Shown: piece after piece, positions 10,085 through 20,726 of the stretch | Numbering within the stretch: the first letter of the stretch is position 1 | How the letters are laid out: each line of letters begins with the position of its first letter | NCBI GenBank assembly: GCA_964562935.1 | Contig: CAZLVJ010000002.1 | Location: 844-64,843, forward strand | Length of the DNA: 64,000 nt | From: an uncultured Nitrososphaerota archaeon | Lineage (GTDB): Archaea > Thermoproteota > Methanomethylicia > Nezhaarchaeales > WYZ-LMO8 | Direction of reading: 5' to 3' | Notes under the pieces: generated by a model | What the model saw: only the letters and a program-made list of their open reading frames with translations | Database searches by the model: none | What the model was told of the DNA's origin: nothing | Program-made: the position numbers and the translations under genes

Positions 10085-10834
10085 ATGTTTAAAGCTGTAT
10101 TTAGAGACGCGCGGTTGTGGTATAGGATAATCGACGCGCTGTCTTCGCTTATCAGCGAAGGTACCATCAAGATAAGCGAGGACGGGCTTAGGCTGAGGGC
10201 TATGGATCCATCGAAGATAGCGATGGTAGATTTTGAGATGCCCCGGGATGCTTTTGATGAGTATCAGTGCGACGGAGAGCTCGTCATAGGCCTCAACTTC
10301 GATGAGTTGAAGAATATAGTTAAGAGGGGAAGCGCAAAAGAAAAGGTCCAGCTCGAAGTGCCGCCTAGCGGTGGGAGGCTAAAAGTCGTATTGAAGGGCA
10401 AGGCCTCAAGGAGCTTTGCTCTGCCTTTGATAGACGTAGAATACGAAGAGTTGCCCACGCCCTCGCTCTCGTTCAACGTTAAAGCCACTGTGATGGCCGA
10501 CATATTCGAAGACGCTTTGAAGGACGTGGAGCTAGTGAGCGACTACGTCAAGCTGGAGGGCCGGAGCAACGCGATCATAGTGAGGGGCCAGAGCGATAAG
10601 GGTGAGGTTGAAGCGACGCTGACCTCCGAAACGGGGGCCCTCTTAGAGCTAGAGGTCAAGGAGGAGTCCGTTGCCTCTTACAGCTTGGAGTACTTAATGG
10701 ACATGGTTAAAGCGAACAAGGCCGCTGAAGTGGCCACTCTCGAGTTTTCAACCGGGATGCCCCTAAGCCTAACGTTTCCAATTCCAGGTGGAGGGACCAT
10801 AAGGTACTACCTAGCCCCTAGACTTGAGGAGTAA
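10085..10834 (+). CDS. pcn: DNA sliding clamp PCNA
   Basis: LRAMDPSKIAMVD, YSLEYL, YYLAPRLEE. Confidence 0.97.
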   Translation: MFKAVFRDARLWYRIIDALSSLISEGTIKISEDGLRLRAMDPSKIAMVDFEMPRDAFDEYQCDGELVIGLNFDELKNIVKRGSAKEKVQLEVPPSGGRLKVVLKGKASRSFALPLIDVEYEELPTPSLSFNVKATVMADIFEDALKDVELVSDYVKLEGRSNAIIVRGQSDKGEVEATLTSETGALLELEVKEESVASYSLEYLMDMVKANKAAEVATLEFSTGMPLSLTFPIPGGGTIRYYLAPRLEE

Positions 10835-10846
10835 AGAAGAAGGACC

Positions 10847-11890
10847 ATGATTTTTTCCAAATTAGATGCCGCGACATATCCGTTTATAAGTTTAGCTTCG
10901 AAATTAGTTAAAGAGCTCGAAGAGAGTTTAGGAATAAACGCCATATTATCCCCTGAGTCGGAAGTGCTTCGAAGAAGCGTTGAGAGGATAAGAGAGGCTG
11001 CATACTCCCGTGTGACTTCGGTCTACAAGAGGGATCTAGACGTAGAGATTTTGTCACATCCCGTTGCGCTATTGCTCATAAAACACATAAACAATGCAAG
11101 GCTGGTCAACGTGTATGCCGAGGCCGAGAAGAACAGGGTCCTAGTGAGCCTTCTTAAGGAAGATTATGAGAAGTTAATGTCTCTAGCTGTCGATGGCTTC
11201 AATTGGCATGTCAAGAGAGAAGAGGACCGCTTCTTGGTTAGGTTCGACGACTACCTCAAAACATCTGTTAACATGTTAGACGCCTATTGGAAGCTCGTGA
11301 ATAGAAAGCTAGTGAATGGTTATGTCGAGCTACCTCGAAAGGACTTCTCCAGACTCTTGGCCGAGGCCTACAGAATAAGGATTTCAGAGAGGGCCAATCA
11401 AGCAGAGGAAGTCCAAATACATAGCGTCCTCAAACCAATAATTGAAGAACTCGACAAAGAGTTCCAAGGCATCCTCCCAAAGGTCGATGTGTACACAATG
11501 TACGTCGACAAGTACGAACCTTCAGCTTTCCCGCCCTGTATTTCAAGGTTACTTGAAGAGGCCGAGCAGGGTAAGAACCTTCCTCACATGGCCCGCTTCA
11601 CGCTTGCCACGTTCTTGATATCTGTAGGGAAGAGGCCTGAAGAGTTACTCGACATATTTCGCAAAATGCCTGACTTCGATGAAAATAAGACGCTCTATCA
11701 CTTAAAACATATAGCGGGCGAGGTAGGATCTAGGACGAGGTACTCCCCACCTAGCTGTGTGACCTTGAGGACGTTTGGCCTTTGCTCAGCAGATGATGCC
11801 CTTTGCCAAAGAGTCAAGCACCCTCTGACTTACTACAGCAAGAAGCTCAAGTTGCTGAAGAGGGGAGAGCTTGAGAAAAGAGCTCGATAA
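10847..11890 (+). CDS. priL: DNA primase large subunit
   Basis: YPF, WKLVNR, FPPC, HMARFTLA, YSPPSC..C..C..HPL Fe-S domain. Confidence 0.93.
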   Translation: MIFSKLDAATYPFISLASKLVKELEESLGINAILSPESEVLRRSVERIREAAYSRVTSVYKRDLDVEILSHPVALLLIKHINNARLVNVYAEAEKNRVLVSLLKEDYEKLMSLAVDGFNWHVKREEDRFLVRFDDYLKTSVNMLDAYWKLVNRKLVNGYVELPRKDFSRLLAEAYRIRISERANQAEEVQIHSVLKPIIEELDKEFQGILPKVDVYTMYVDKYEPSAFPPCISRLLEEAEQGKNLPHMARFTLATFLISVGKRPEELLDIFRKMPDFDENKTLYHLKHIAGEVGSRTRYSPPSCVTLRTFGLCSADDALCQRVKHPLTYYSKKLKLLKRGELEKRAR

Positions 11891-13097
11891 TGAGGGCTTC
11901 ATAAAGAAGGTGTTTAGAGAGTATTATGTCGAGTGGAGGGGGGAACCGCCTAAGGACTTCAGGAGAAGGGAGTTTGCCTTCATGATTTCGAGAAAGGGCG
12001 AGATGATAAGACATAAAGCCTTTGAGGAGTGGAGTGAAGTCAAAGAGTTTCTTCGCAGAAACTCTCCGCTCCACGTCTATTACTCGTCGGCTTATTATGC
12101 GCAACCATCCGTCCCAGATATGGACGCTAAAGAGTGGATGGGTGCTGACCTAATCTTCGACATAGACGTCGATCACATGTACACTCCATGCAAAGAGCAA
12201 CACGACAAATGGACGTGCTTAGATTGTAGCACTGCTGGTAACGGCATGCCCCCCGAGGCGTGCCCTAAGTGCTCAAGCAAGAGAGTAGAGGCGAAGACTT
12301 GGTTCTGCGAGAAGTGCCTCGAAGTGGCCAAAGAAGAGACCATAAAGCTCGTCGAAGACTTCTTAATCCAAGACTTTGGCTTTTCGCCTCAAGAAATCTC
12401 CATCGTATTCTCGGGACGGAGAGGATTCCACATACACGTAGAAAGCGATGTCGTGAGGGGGTTAGACCAGAGGGCTAGGAGGGAGATAGTCGACTATGTG
12501 AAAGGCACGGGGCTCGTGATGCAGGACAAGAAGAGGAAGGTCCTTGCACCTCCCTTGAATGCTGGAGGGTGGCCTGGGAGGATCGCTAAGGGAGTCTATG
12601 AGCTCCTCAATTCCAATAATGTGGAGGAACCCCTGAACCTTAAAGGAGGACCTAAGATAGAGGAAGCAATAAAAGCAATAATCAAGGGGCTTGAAGAGGC
12701 CCAAGACTATTGGCCTTTAGAGGGCATCGCGCGCAGGGTTTGGCTCAAAGCCGTCGAGAAAGTTATAACGTATAAGCGTTGCGAAGTCGATGAGAGGGTA
12801 ACGACAGACATAAAGAGGTTGATAAGATTGCCCGGGACGTTGCACGGAGGTACGGGGCTCATAGCAACCAAAGTCCCCTTAAGAGACATGGAGTCCTTTG
12901 ACCCCTACCTACACGCTGTAGCCTTTGTAAAGGGCGAGGCCAAGGTAAAGATCTTAAACATGCCAAGGATAACCTTCCTCGACCAAACGTGGGGCCCCTA
13001 TAACAACGAGGTCGCGGAGGTACCTCTAGGACTAGCCGTGTACCTGATATGCTCAGAAAACGCTGTTGTAGTTGGCGAGGAGGTTGAGGATGCTTAA
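11871..13097 (+). CDS. priS: DNA primase catalytic subunit with Cys-rich zinc insertion
   Basis: RREFAF, DLIFDIDVDH, FSGRRGFH, DERVTTDIKRLIRLPGTLHG. Confidence 0.95.
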   Translation: MRKELDNEGFIKKVFREYYVEWRGEPPKDFRRREFAFMISRKGEMIRHKAFEEWSEVKEFLRRNSPLHVYYSSAYYAQPSVPDMDAKEWMGADLIFDIDVDHMYTPCKEQHDKWTCLDCSTAGNGMPPEACPKCSSKRVEAKTWFCEKCLEVAKEETIKLVEDFLIQDFGFSPQEISIVFSGRRGFHIHVESDVVRGLDQRARREIVDYVKGTGLVMQDKKRKVLAPPLNAGGWPGRIAKGVYELLNSNNVEEPLNLKGGPKIEEAIKAIIKGLEEAQDYWPLEGIARRVWLKAVEKVITYKRCEVDERVTTDIKRLIRLPGTLHGGTGLIATKVPLRDMESFDPYLHAVAFVKGEAKVKILNMPRITFLDQTWGPYNNEVAEVPLGLAVYLICSENAVVVGEEVEDA

Positions 13098-13614
13098 AGA
13101 GTTACTCAACGTCCTCCTTCGAGAAATAAGTAGTGAGAAGCTCGTGTCACTACCTCAAAACTTCTACGATGCGGCTCTAAGCTATGTTCACTCCTTAAGG
13201 TTAAGGAAGAACAACGAGGTCAGCGAAGTACAACGCAAAATATGGGAAGAGGAGGTCGCGCTTTTAGAAAAAATCCTCTCGATCATTAAGAGTGTCAGAG
13301 CTAGAAAAATAATGCTTGAGGCAATGGATGGTAAGTCGATAGAGAAATTGCCTCCAGAGGAGGATATCTATTACGCCAACCTTCGAAAAGCCCTTGAACT
13401 TGCCAAGGCAGACCTTAACATCGAGGGAGCTGAACCTCAAGAGGAGGGCAAAGTCTTGCTATTATTGAAGAAGAACTTGGACGAAGCCCTCGCTGAAAAG
13501 CTTGGCCTGCCCAAGCTCGAGCCAGAAGATGTAATCTTTATAAATAAGCGACCTGGTAAAGTGCTCATCGATCTGGGAATCGCAGACGAGATAAGCGTAA
13601 GGTGGGTGCAATGA
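13090..13614 (+). CDS. GINS complex subunit (Gins51-like)
   Basis: LPQNFYD, RARKI, LPPEE; conserved position after priS. Confidence 0.75.
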   Translation: MLKELLNVLLREISSEKLVSLPQNFYDAALSYVHSLRLRKNNEVSEVQRKIWEEEVALLEKILSIIKSVRARKIMLEAMDGKSIEKLPPEEDIYYANLRKALELAKADLNIEGAEPQEEGKVLLLLKKNLDEALAEKLGLPKLEPEDVIFINKRPGKVLIDLGIADEISVRWVQ

Positions 13615-13901
13615 AGGTGCCGAGGGAGATAAATACTTACTGCCCTAAATGTAAGGCTCACACACCCCATAGCGTGACATTGTACAAGGCGGGGAAAAGA
13701 AGGTCTTTGGCCCAAGGAGAAAGGAGGTACGCGAGGAAGAAGAAAGGATATGGCAGTAAGAGGAAGCCCGAGCAAAAGAGGTTCGCCAAAGTCACTAAGA
13801 AGCAGGTCCTAAAGCTTACATGCAAGAAGTGCGGTTACATATTACATAGAAAGGGCATAAGGTTGAAGAAGCTGGAGATAGTGGAAGTCGCGAAAGGGTG
13901 A
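13611..13901 (+). CDS. rpl44e: 50S ribosomal protein L44e
   Basis: [33 protein letters not shown]. Confidence 0.97.
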   Translation: MKVPREINTYCPKCKAHTPHSVTLYKAGKRRSLAQGERRYARKKKGYGSKRKPEQKRFAKVTKKQVLKLTCKKCGYILHRKGIRLKKLEIVEVAKG

Positions 13902-13907
13902 TGGTGC

Positions 13908-14108
13908 ATGGTCAAGAAAAGAAAAGAGCTCGTGCCCATGCCCAAATCGAAGTTCTACAACGTGAGGTGTCCAGACTGTGGCAATACGCAGGTCATCTTC
14001 AGCCATGCTTCAACTTACGTGCACTGCTTCGTCTGCGGCAAACTGTTGGCAACGCCGACTGGCGGCAAAGCGAGGATGGAGGGGAAGAAGATTAGTGAGT
14101 TCGGATGA
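13908..14108 (+). CDS. rps27e: 30S ribosomal protein S27e
   Basis: [32 protein letters not shown]. Confidence 0.97.
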   Translation: MVKKRKELVPMPKSKFYNVRCPDCGNTQVIFSHASTYVHCFVCGKLLATPTGGKARMEGKKISEFG

Positions 14109-14129
14109 CGAACAAAAAGGTGGAGGCAA

Positions 14130-14930
14130 TTGGTAAAAAAGAGGAGAGAGTGGCCACAGCAAGGAGAGATAGTGATAGGGACTGTGACGCAAGTATTTGA
14201 TAAAGGAGCTTACATAACTCTCGATGAATATAGAGGGAAGAGGGCCTATTTACCACTAAATGAAGTATCTTCGTCTTGGTTTCACAATATTAGGGATGTC
14301 ATACGTGAGGGCCAGAAGACGGCTTTTAAAGTAATTAGAGTGGATCCTCTGAAGGGGCACATAGACCTCTCGCTGAAGAGAGTGGCCGACGTAGAAAGAG
14401 ATAGAAAAATGCTTGAGTGGAAGAGGGCTAAGAAGGCCGAAGTCTTATTAGACTTTGCAGCAAAGAGGTTAGGAAAAAAGCTCGATGAGGCCTACGAGGA
14501 GGCAGGATGGAAGCTCGAAGACCATTATGGCGAGATATACGCCGGGCTTGAAGAGGCCGCCCGGAGAGGCATAGAGGCTTTGCTCGTAGCTGGGATCAGT
14601 AGAGAATGGGCCGAGGTATTAGCCGAACTGGTCAAAGAGCACATAGAAATACCCCAGGTAAAGATGTCGGCGGTCCTTGAACTGAGGTGCCACGGTCCTC
14701 GAGGCATCGAGGTAATAAAGAAGGCTCTGATCGAGGCCCTAAACTATGCAAAGAGCAAGGGCTATCAAGTCAAGATCTACGCTGATGGAGCGCCAAAGTA
14801 CAGGGTTGACGCGACGGCAGAGGACTACAAAATACTCAAGAGCATATTGAAAGAAGTAACCAATGCGGCTTTAAGTGTGATATCAAGAGAGGGAGGACAG
14901 GGGAGGGTTCTCGAAGAGCCGAAGAAGTAG
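14130..14930 (+). CDS. eif2a: Translation initiation factor aIF-2 alpha
   Basis: S1 domain GAYITLDEY, KGHIDLSLKRV, GAPKYRV. Confidence 0.95.
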   Translation: MVKKRREWPQQGEIVIGTVTQVFDKGAYITLDEYRGKRAYLPLNEVSSSWFHNIRDVIREGQKTAFKVIRVDPLKGHIDLSLKRVADVERDRKMLEWKRAKKAEVLLDFAAKRLGKKLDEAYEEAGWKLEDHYGEIYAGLEEAARRGIEALLVAGISREWAEVLAELVKEHIEIPQVKMSAVLELRCHGPRGIEVIKKALIEALNYAKSKGYQVKIYADGAPKYRVDATAEDYKILKSILKEVTNAALSVISREGGQGRVLEEPKK

Positions 14931-14941
14931 GGGGTCGAGAC

Positions 14942-15106
14942 TTGAAGGGCCTGCTAATGAAGTGTAAGGAGTGCGGAAAATATACTTTGCAGCGTAATAA
15001 GTGCCCTTATTGCGGAGGGCCTTTAAAGGTTCCGCATCCACCCAAGTACTCACCACACGATAAGTATGCAACATATAGGCTTAAGACTAGGCTCGTAAAC
15101 GAATGA
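14942..15106 (+). CDS. nop10: H/ACA RNP protein Nop10
   Basis: Manual translation MKGLLMKCKECGKYTLQRNKCPYCGG..PHPPKYSPHDKYATYR; below ORF-track cutoff; TTG start. Confidence 0.93.
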   Translation: MKGLLMKCKECGKYTLQRNKCPYCGGPLKVPHPPKYSPHDKYATYRLKTRLVNE

Positions 15107-15194
15107 CCTTGCCACCAAAGAACATCACAATGCATGGTATTGTAAGTTGAGTGTTAGGGCTCTCGGCTAAGGATCACGCAAACTTGGTACAAGG

Positions 15195-17135
15195 TCACCA
15201 TTTTATACGATAAATCGCTATGTATTGTGAATCGCAATAAACTTTTTCGAAGCGAGTTAAGTCAGTTGCATAGTCGGGCCGTATTCCCAAGACGAACTTC
15301 GTTAAGAGAGCGTCAAAATTGCTTATGCCCCACCATCCTTGTGGAGTCAGCTGAAATGAAGGCATTGGAGAGCCAGCTATCTTTGCAATGGCGTGGCTTT
15401 TAGGGATCTCTTCGAGCGAGATCAACACGTACACGTCCTTGCCTCCCAAGCCGAAGCTCTGATTTAAAATTCTCAGAGATTCTTCTTCGGCACTCGACAT
15501 GAAAAACTTCGCTACCTCAACGTTCCTCCATTCGTACACGTTCCCAGGATCCACGATAGTCGTCCTGTTGGCGTAGTACTGTATTAAGTAACCGTAGTCC
15601 CACCAAGAGATTATTATCGCATCTTGGTTTGTGTTTTCTCTTAGCCACAAAAGTGCTCCCAACCAATAATTGTGATTACTCATGCCTATGTTTCTATACA
15701 CTTCCGCGTGGCTGACGAGCGGGCCATACCAAGTATACGTGGGGATGGCGAATATCGATAGTATGGCCAGCGTTGTCAATGCTGTCGAGAGGCTGAGGCC
15801 CATTGTTGCTTCTCGGTTAAGCCTTAGGCCTTTTCTCCATTTGATGAAGAGCCTAGAGCCGTAATGATCTATGAGCCTCGAAAGCACGTCTCCAGCCATT
15901 ATCGCCACAGTTATCGATAAGAACATCAACAATCTGATCTCAGAGACGGCGAGGGCGGCAGACACGCCAAAGAGCGACAACATGAATAGGTAATTGATCC
16001 TGCCCTGCGGGTCCTTCAGATTTCTCGGTACTAGCGCGAAGACCGCAAATATGAGGGGTAAACCTACTTGGTTCCATAGTTCTTGAGGGGAATCGAACAG
16101 ACTTTGAGACTCCGCAACCGTCGAGCGGACTAGCCCCTTATTACCTAAAAGCCAACTCACCAGACTGCGGACGTAATCGCGCTCTATAAACAGAAGGACT
16201 GCCGCTAAGATGACGATTAGTACCAAGACGTATCTCCTCTTGACCTTTTTCAGAGCCATTAAGGGGATGGCAACGCCCAAGGGGATGAGAAACGTTATCG
16301 AGCTGAAGAAACTTAAACCGCCGTACCTAATCGTGAAGGAGGTAGCAAGTACGCTTGATACTACTAGCACTAGCAAATATGGTATAGAGATTAAGCTGAG
16401 GCTTTCACCGTTCTTGCCAAAGAGAGTCACTAGCAAGATATGGGTTGCTAGGACGAGGTACGTGAAGAGGAAGCCTCTCCAGCCAATGGCCGCGAGGCCT
16501 ATGAGGGTGCCAGACGCTATGGCGAGGGCTACTGATGTCACCATACTACGCATGTGCCTCTGAGCGGTCGTGACTACGTTAAATGACAAGAGGGCAAGGG
16601 CTAGCCCTGCAAACATCAGAGGCGTTGAAAAGGCCTCCTTGTCACAAAAACCCTCAAAAGATCTTAGGATGAAGGCCGGGGCAGCGGCCGACAGGAAAGC
16701 GGCTACGATGCCCGCAGTAGTGGACCCTATAAGTGTTTTAGCGATGAAAAAAGTCGGTATTACAATTAGGGAGGCGAAGAATGCTGGTAACAATATGGCT
16801 ATGTCAATTGGCTGTAAACCCGTCAGCCAGGCGAACCCAGCTATGAACCATGAGACTAGGGGCAGCTCGTACCTAGTATTGAAGCCTTGAGGGTAGTACC
16901 TCAAGGTATCGTTGGGGGGTATCGAGTCATTCTTCAAGAGAGCCTCAGCGTACCTGAGGTGCACGTAGGGGTCATCACCTGTCAAGACGCGCTGTTCTGA
17001 GAACTGTGGCAGGGACCTCAGCCAAAAGCCTAAGACGTAAGCCAAGACGAGTAAGGCAACGACTAGGAGAGGCCTAAATTTGTGCAATTTCCCGTAAATT
17101 GCTCTCCACGTCTCTAATTTGCTCAACGTAATCAC
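15195..17135 (-). CDS. aglB: Oligosaccharyltransferase AglB/STT3
   Basis: Multi-TM protein with DPYVH, DKE, TVAE and WWDYG motifs. Confidence 0.9.
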   Translation of the reverse strand: MITLSKLETWRAIYGKLHKFRPLLVVALLVLAYVLGFWLRSLPQFSEQRVLTGDDPYVHLRYAEALLKNDSIPPNDTLRYYPQGFNTRYELPLVSWFIAGFAWLTGLQPIDIAILLPAFFASLIVIPTFFIAKTLIGSTTAGIVAAFLSAAAPAFILRSFEGFCDKEAFSTPLMFAGLALALLSFNVVTTAQRHMRSMVTSVALAIASGTLIGLAAIGWRGFLFTYLVLATHILLVTLFGKNGESLSLISIPYLLVLVVSSVLATSFTIRYGGLSFFSSITFLIPLGVAIPLMALKKVKRRYVLVLIVILAAVLLFIERDYVRSLVSWLLGNKGLVRSTVAESQSLFDSPQELWNQVGLPLIFAVFALVPRNLKDPQGRINYLFMLSLFGVSAALAVSEIRLLMFLSITVAIMAGDVLSRLIDHYGSRLFIKWRKGLRLNREATMGLSLSTALTTLAILSIFAIPTYTWYGPLVSHAEVYRNIGMSNHNYWLGALLWLRENTNQDAIIISWWDYGYLIQYYANRTTIVDPGNVYEWRNVEVAKFFMSSAEEESLRILNQSFGLGGKDVYVLISLEEIPKSHAIAKIAGSPMPSFQLTPQGWWGISNFDALLTKFVLGIRPDYATDLTRFEKVYCDSQYIAIYRIKW

Positions 17136-17377
17136 CGCTTCAGGGTCATGACATTAATTATATCATCTCCATTGCATTCCTCGGCGCAAGAGGCACTTAA
17201 ATTCGTTGTCGTCGCCTTCCTATTAAAGCAACGCGCGTAAAGAGCATGAAGGGTCCACCTAGCCGACAATCCTAAACTGCTCTTTAAAGTTTAAAACTTT
17301 TTGACGGCTCTAGCATTGAGAGGTCTATCATTAATGCCGAGAAAATAGGAACGTGAGGGATCCTTAACAAGCTAGGA

Positions 17378-20300
17378 GTGATGTACATGGAGATGAGAAG
17401 TTACGAGCCATTAAAAATCGAGCAGTACGTGAGGGCTTTCTGGTATGAGAATAACATAGCAAATAAGTGCTTTGAGGCGCGAAGGGGAGGAAAGCTCTTC
17501 AGCTTCTTGGAGGGCCCGCCCACAACAAACGGCTTCATGCACGTGGGTCATGCAAGAGGGAGGACTTTAAAGGACATAGTCATTAGGTTTAAGCTCATGC
17601 AGGGCTTCGACGTGTGGCGCCGCGCTGGCTGGGATACTCAAGGCCTGCCAGTCGAGCTCGAGGCCGAGAAGAACTTGGGCCTAAGGTCTAAGAAGGACAT
17701 AGAGGCCGTGGGTTACGAGAAGTTTGTAGAGGAGTGCAATAGGCTCGTCGATTATTACCTAGACCATTGGAGGAAGACCTCAGAGCTATTAGGCCTATGG
17801 CTTGACTACGATAATGCATACCAGACGAGACGGAGAGAGTACATAGAGTTCATATGGTGGGCCTTGAGGCAAGCGTACGAGAGGGGGTTGCTGGTTGAAG
17901 ACCTTAAGGTGATAGCGTTCTGTCCTCGTTGCGAGACCCCTCTCTCGGACCAAGAAGTCGCTCTGGGTTACGCAAGCATAGAGGATCCCTCCATCTATGT
18001 GAAGATCCCGTTGCTCGATAGAGAGTCCACGTACGTGGTCGTTTGGACCACGACCCCCTGGACCTTGCCAGCGAATGAGGCAGTTTGTTTGCACCCCGAT
18101 GAGTATTACGTCGAGGTCGAGGTACAAGGTGAGAAGTGGATCTTAGCCGAGAAGCTCTTGGAGAGGGTCATGGCCGAAGTTGAAGTAAAGGAGTACAAAG
18201 TACTTAGGAGGTTCCTCGGATCGGAGCTCGAGGGCACAAAATACCTGCACCCGCTCTTAGACGAGGTGCCCGAGCACAAGAGCCACGAAAACGCCCACAT
18301 AATAACGTGCGATCAAGGAGTTAGCATGGAGGAGGGTAGCGGATGCGTGCACATAGCCCCGGCTCATGGTCCTGAGGACTTCGAAATAGGCAAGAGATAT
18401 TCACTGCCCGCATTCTGCCCTGTGGAAGTTAACGGCTTCTACACGGATAAAGCTGGTAAATACAAAGGCATGTACGTAAGAGAGGCTAATAAAGTGATAA
18501 TCGAGGATTTGAAGAAGAAGGGATTGTTGGCCTATGAGAGTACGATACTTCACGAGTATCCTCATTGTTGGAGATGCGACACTCCCTTGGTCTATAGAGC
18601 TGATAGGCAGTGGTTCTTGCGCATAGAGCCCATAAAGAGCTTGATCTTGGAGGAGAACAAGAAGGTGAAGTGGACCCCGCCGTGGGCTGGCGAAGCCAGA
18701 TTTCACAACTGGATAGCCAATGCTAGGGACTGGTGCATTTCGCGCTCAAGAGTGTGGGGCTCGCCCCTAAACATCTGGACCTGCACTAAGTGTGGGCACA
18801 GGGTCTGCGTAGGTTCCATCGAAGAGCTCAAGAGCTTGGCCCTGACTCCTCTCGAAGATATAGAGGTGCACAGGCCGTGGATCGACAACGTTAGGCTAAT
18901 ATGTCCTAAGTGCAGGGGCGAAATGAAGAGAGAACCGCATGTGCTCGATTGCTGGTTGGACTCTGGAGTGGCGCACGCCGCGAGCGTTGACTACTTGAAG
19001 GACAAGACGCTGTTTGAGAGGCTGTTCCCCTACGACTTCATAACCGAGGCAGTTGACCAGACGAGAGGATGGTTCTTCTCGCTGATATTCACAAGCGTAA
19101 TGTTGTTCGGCAAAGCCCCATACAAAAGCGTGTTATGCCAAGGTCACGTGCTTGATAAACTGGGCCAGAAGATGTCGAAGAGTAGGGGGAACGTCGTCTG
19201 GGCTCGCGACGTTATGGAGGCCGAGGGCGCTGATCCCCTACGCCTTTACTTGGTCATGAAGGCGGCCCCTTGGGAGTCACTGAACTTCGACGTCGAAGAA
19301 TTGAAATCCGTCAAACGTACATTAAATATAATCTTCAATGTATTCAAATTTGCTAGTACATATATGGAGCTCGATAAGTTCGATTATAAAAAATATCCAA
19401 TAGATATGTTCATCGACAGGCTTGGACCAGAGGACCTGTGGATTCTCTCGAGAATTCAAACCACAATAGAAGTAGTGACCTCAAACATCGAAGCATACAA
19501 CATACACGAAGCAGCGAAGGCTGTAGTCAACTTCTTTGTTGATGATTTGAGCCATGGTTATATAAGGTTCATTAGGAGAAGGGTTTGGTTAGAAGAAGAG
19601 AATGTCGAGAAGCTCATGACTTACAGCGTGCTGTACTACGTGCTCGATAAAGCCCTTCGGCTCATGGCTCCTTTCACCCCGCACTTAGCTGAATGGTTGT
19701 ACCAAGCGTTCTTGAAGAAGTTCGGCAACTTAGAAGAAGAGAGCTTGTTCATGCTTGACTGGCCCTCTATAGAGCCCAAGTTCCTCAAGAAAGAGCTCGA
19801 AGAAGGTGCCTCATTGCTCATGGAGGCGCTAACGCTCGTGGCCAGCGCGAGGCAGAGGGCTAAGCTTAAGGGTAGGTGGCCAGTCTCCGACGTTGTCGTA
19901 GTGGTATTTGACGAGGAGTTGGTTACCAAGCTGAATGCATTTTACAGGGCGCTACGCGAACAAGCCAACGCTCGGAATGTCCTTATTACGACCGCCATAC
20001 CAAGTGACATGAAGCTAAAGGTAAAGGTTCAAGAGAGTAGGGTCAAAAAGATTGTGGGGCCCAAGGCGGCAAAGCTTGTTGAGCTGTTAAATAAGGTTGA
20101 GGCCAAGGAGGTGGTGCAAGGGCTTTGCACCCGTGGCAAGGTAAGCGTAAGCATAGAGGGCGAAGAGGTGTCACTGACCAGCGAGGGCATAGAGGTTATC
20201 GGAATTGGAGGGTACGAGAAGTGGGCTTTTGCTTTGGGCAAGCGCATGTTAGTATGCCTAAATACGACACGAGATAGAGAGCTTGAGGCTGAGGCCTTGA

Positions 20301-20572
20301 CAAGGGAGCTTGTCCGCAGAATACAGTACATGCGCAAGGAGCTTGACCTGAAGATAGAAGACTACGTAGACTTAGTGATTGAGGCGGAAGAGGGCGCTTT
20401 AAGCGTCTTGAGCGCGAAGAACGTGGACTACTTGATGGGCGAAGTAAGGGCTAAAGAGTTGAGGATGGGCGGTAAAGTGGGCTTGGTCGGAGAAGGTTGG
20501 TACGCAAAAGAGTGGGACATAGATGGGCTGAGGGTCAAAATATACATGCGAAAGAGTGGAGAAAGAAAATAA
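17378..20572 (+). CDS. ileS: Isoleucyl-tRNA synthetase
   Basis: EGPP..HVGH, WTTTPWT, DWCISRSR.WG, DQTRGWF, KMSKS. Confidence 0.97.
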   Translation: MMYMEMRSYEPLKIEQYVRAFWYENNIANKCFEARRGGKLFSFLEGPPTTNGFMHVGHARGRTLKDIVIRFKLMQGFDVWRRAGWDTQGLPVELEAEKNLGLRSKKDIEAVGYEKFVEECNRLVDYYLDHWRKTSELLGLWLDYDNAYQTRRREYIEFIWWALRQAYERGLLVEDLKVIAFCPRCETPLSDQEVALGYASIEDPSIYVKIPLLDRESTYVVVWTTTPWTLPANEAVCLHPDEYYVEVEVQGEKWILAEKLLERVMAEVEVKEYKVLRRFLGSELEGTKYLHPLLDEVPEHKSHENAHIITCDQGVSMEEGSGCVHIAPAHGPEDFEIGKRYSLPAFCPVEVNGFYTDKAGKYKGMYVREANKVIIEDLKKKGLLAYESTILHEYPHCWRCDTPLVYRADRQWFLRIEPIKSLILEENKKVKWTPPWAGEARFHNWIANARDWCISRSRVWGSPLNIWTCTKCGHRVCVGSIEELKSLALTPLEDIEVHRPWIDNVRLICPKCRGEMKREPHVLDCWLDSGVAHAASVDYLKDKTLFERLFPYDFITEAVDQTRGWFFSLIFTSVMLFGKAPYKSVLCQGHVLDKLGQKMSKSRGNVVWARDVMEAEGADPLRLYLVMKAAPWESLNFDVEELKSVKRTLNIIFNVFKFASTYMELDKFDYKKYPIDMFIDRLGPEDLWILSRIQTTIEVVTSNIEAYNIHEAAKAVVNFFVDDLSHGYIRFIRRRVWLEEENVEKLMTYSVLYYVLDKALRLMAPFTPHLAEWLYQAFLKKFGNLEEESLFMLDWPSIEPKFLKKELEEGASLLMEALTLVASARQRAKLKGRWPVSDVVVVVFDEELVTKLNAFYRALREQANARNVLITTAIPSDMKLKVKVQESRVKKIVGPKAAKLVELLNKVEAKEVVQGLCTRGKVSVSIEGEEVSLTSEGIEVIGIGGYEKWAFALGKRMLVCLNTTRDRELEAEALTRELVRRIQYMRKELDLKIEDYVDLVIEAEEGALSVLSAKNVDYLMGEVRAKELRMGGKVGLVGEGWYAKEWDIDGLRVKIYMRKSGERK

Positions 20573-20608
20573 AAGTTTTTAGTCGAGCGAAGAGCCGAGT
20601 AATTTTGG

Positions 20609-20693
20609 GCCGGGATGGCCGAGCGGACCAAGGCGCCAGCCTTGAGAGCTGGTGCCCCATTGGGGCGCGCGGGTTCGAATCCCGCTCCCGGCG
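20609..20693 (+). tRNA. tRNA-Ser(TGA), intronless, CCA not encoded
   Basis: Acceptor GCCGGGA/TCCCGGC, anticodon arm CCAGC-CT-TGA-GA-GCTGG, long variable arm, TTCGAAT T-loop, G discriminator. Confidence 0.97.
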
Positions 20694-20726
20694 CTACTAC
20701 AAAAGCTTCTCCACGAGGAGGTCTAC

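Noticed and set aside
20609..20693. tRNA with TGA in the anticodon loop and a long variable arm as a possible tRNA-Sec or suppressor
   Set aside because: Anticodon UGA reads UCA (Ser); tRNA-Sec has anticodon UCA. The acceptor stem is a canonical 7 bp.
20652..20726. N-terminal extension of the archease ORF
   Set aside because: It overlaps the tRNA-Ser gene; ATG 20727 has a clear SD.
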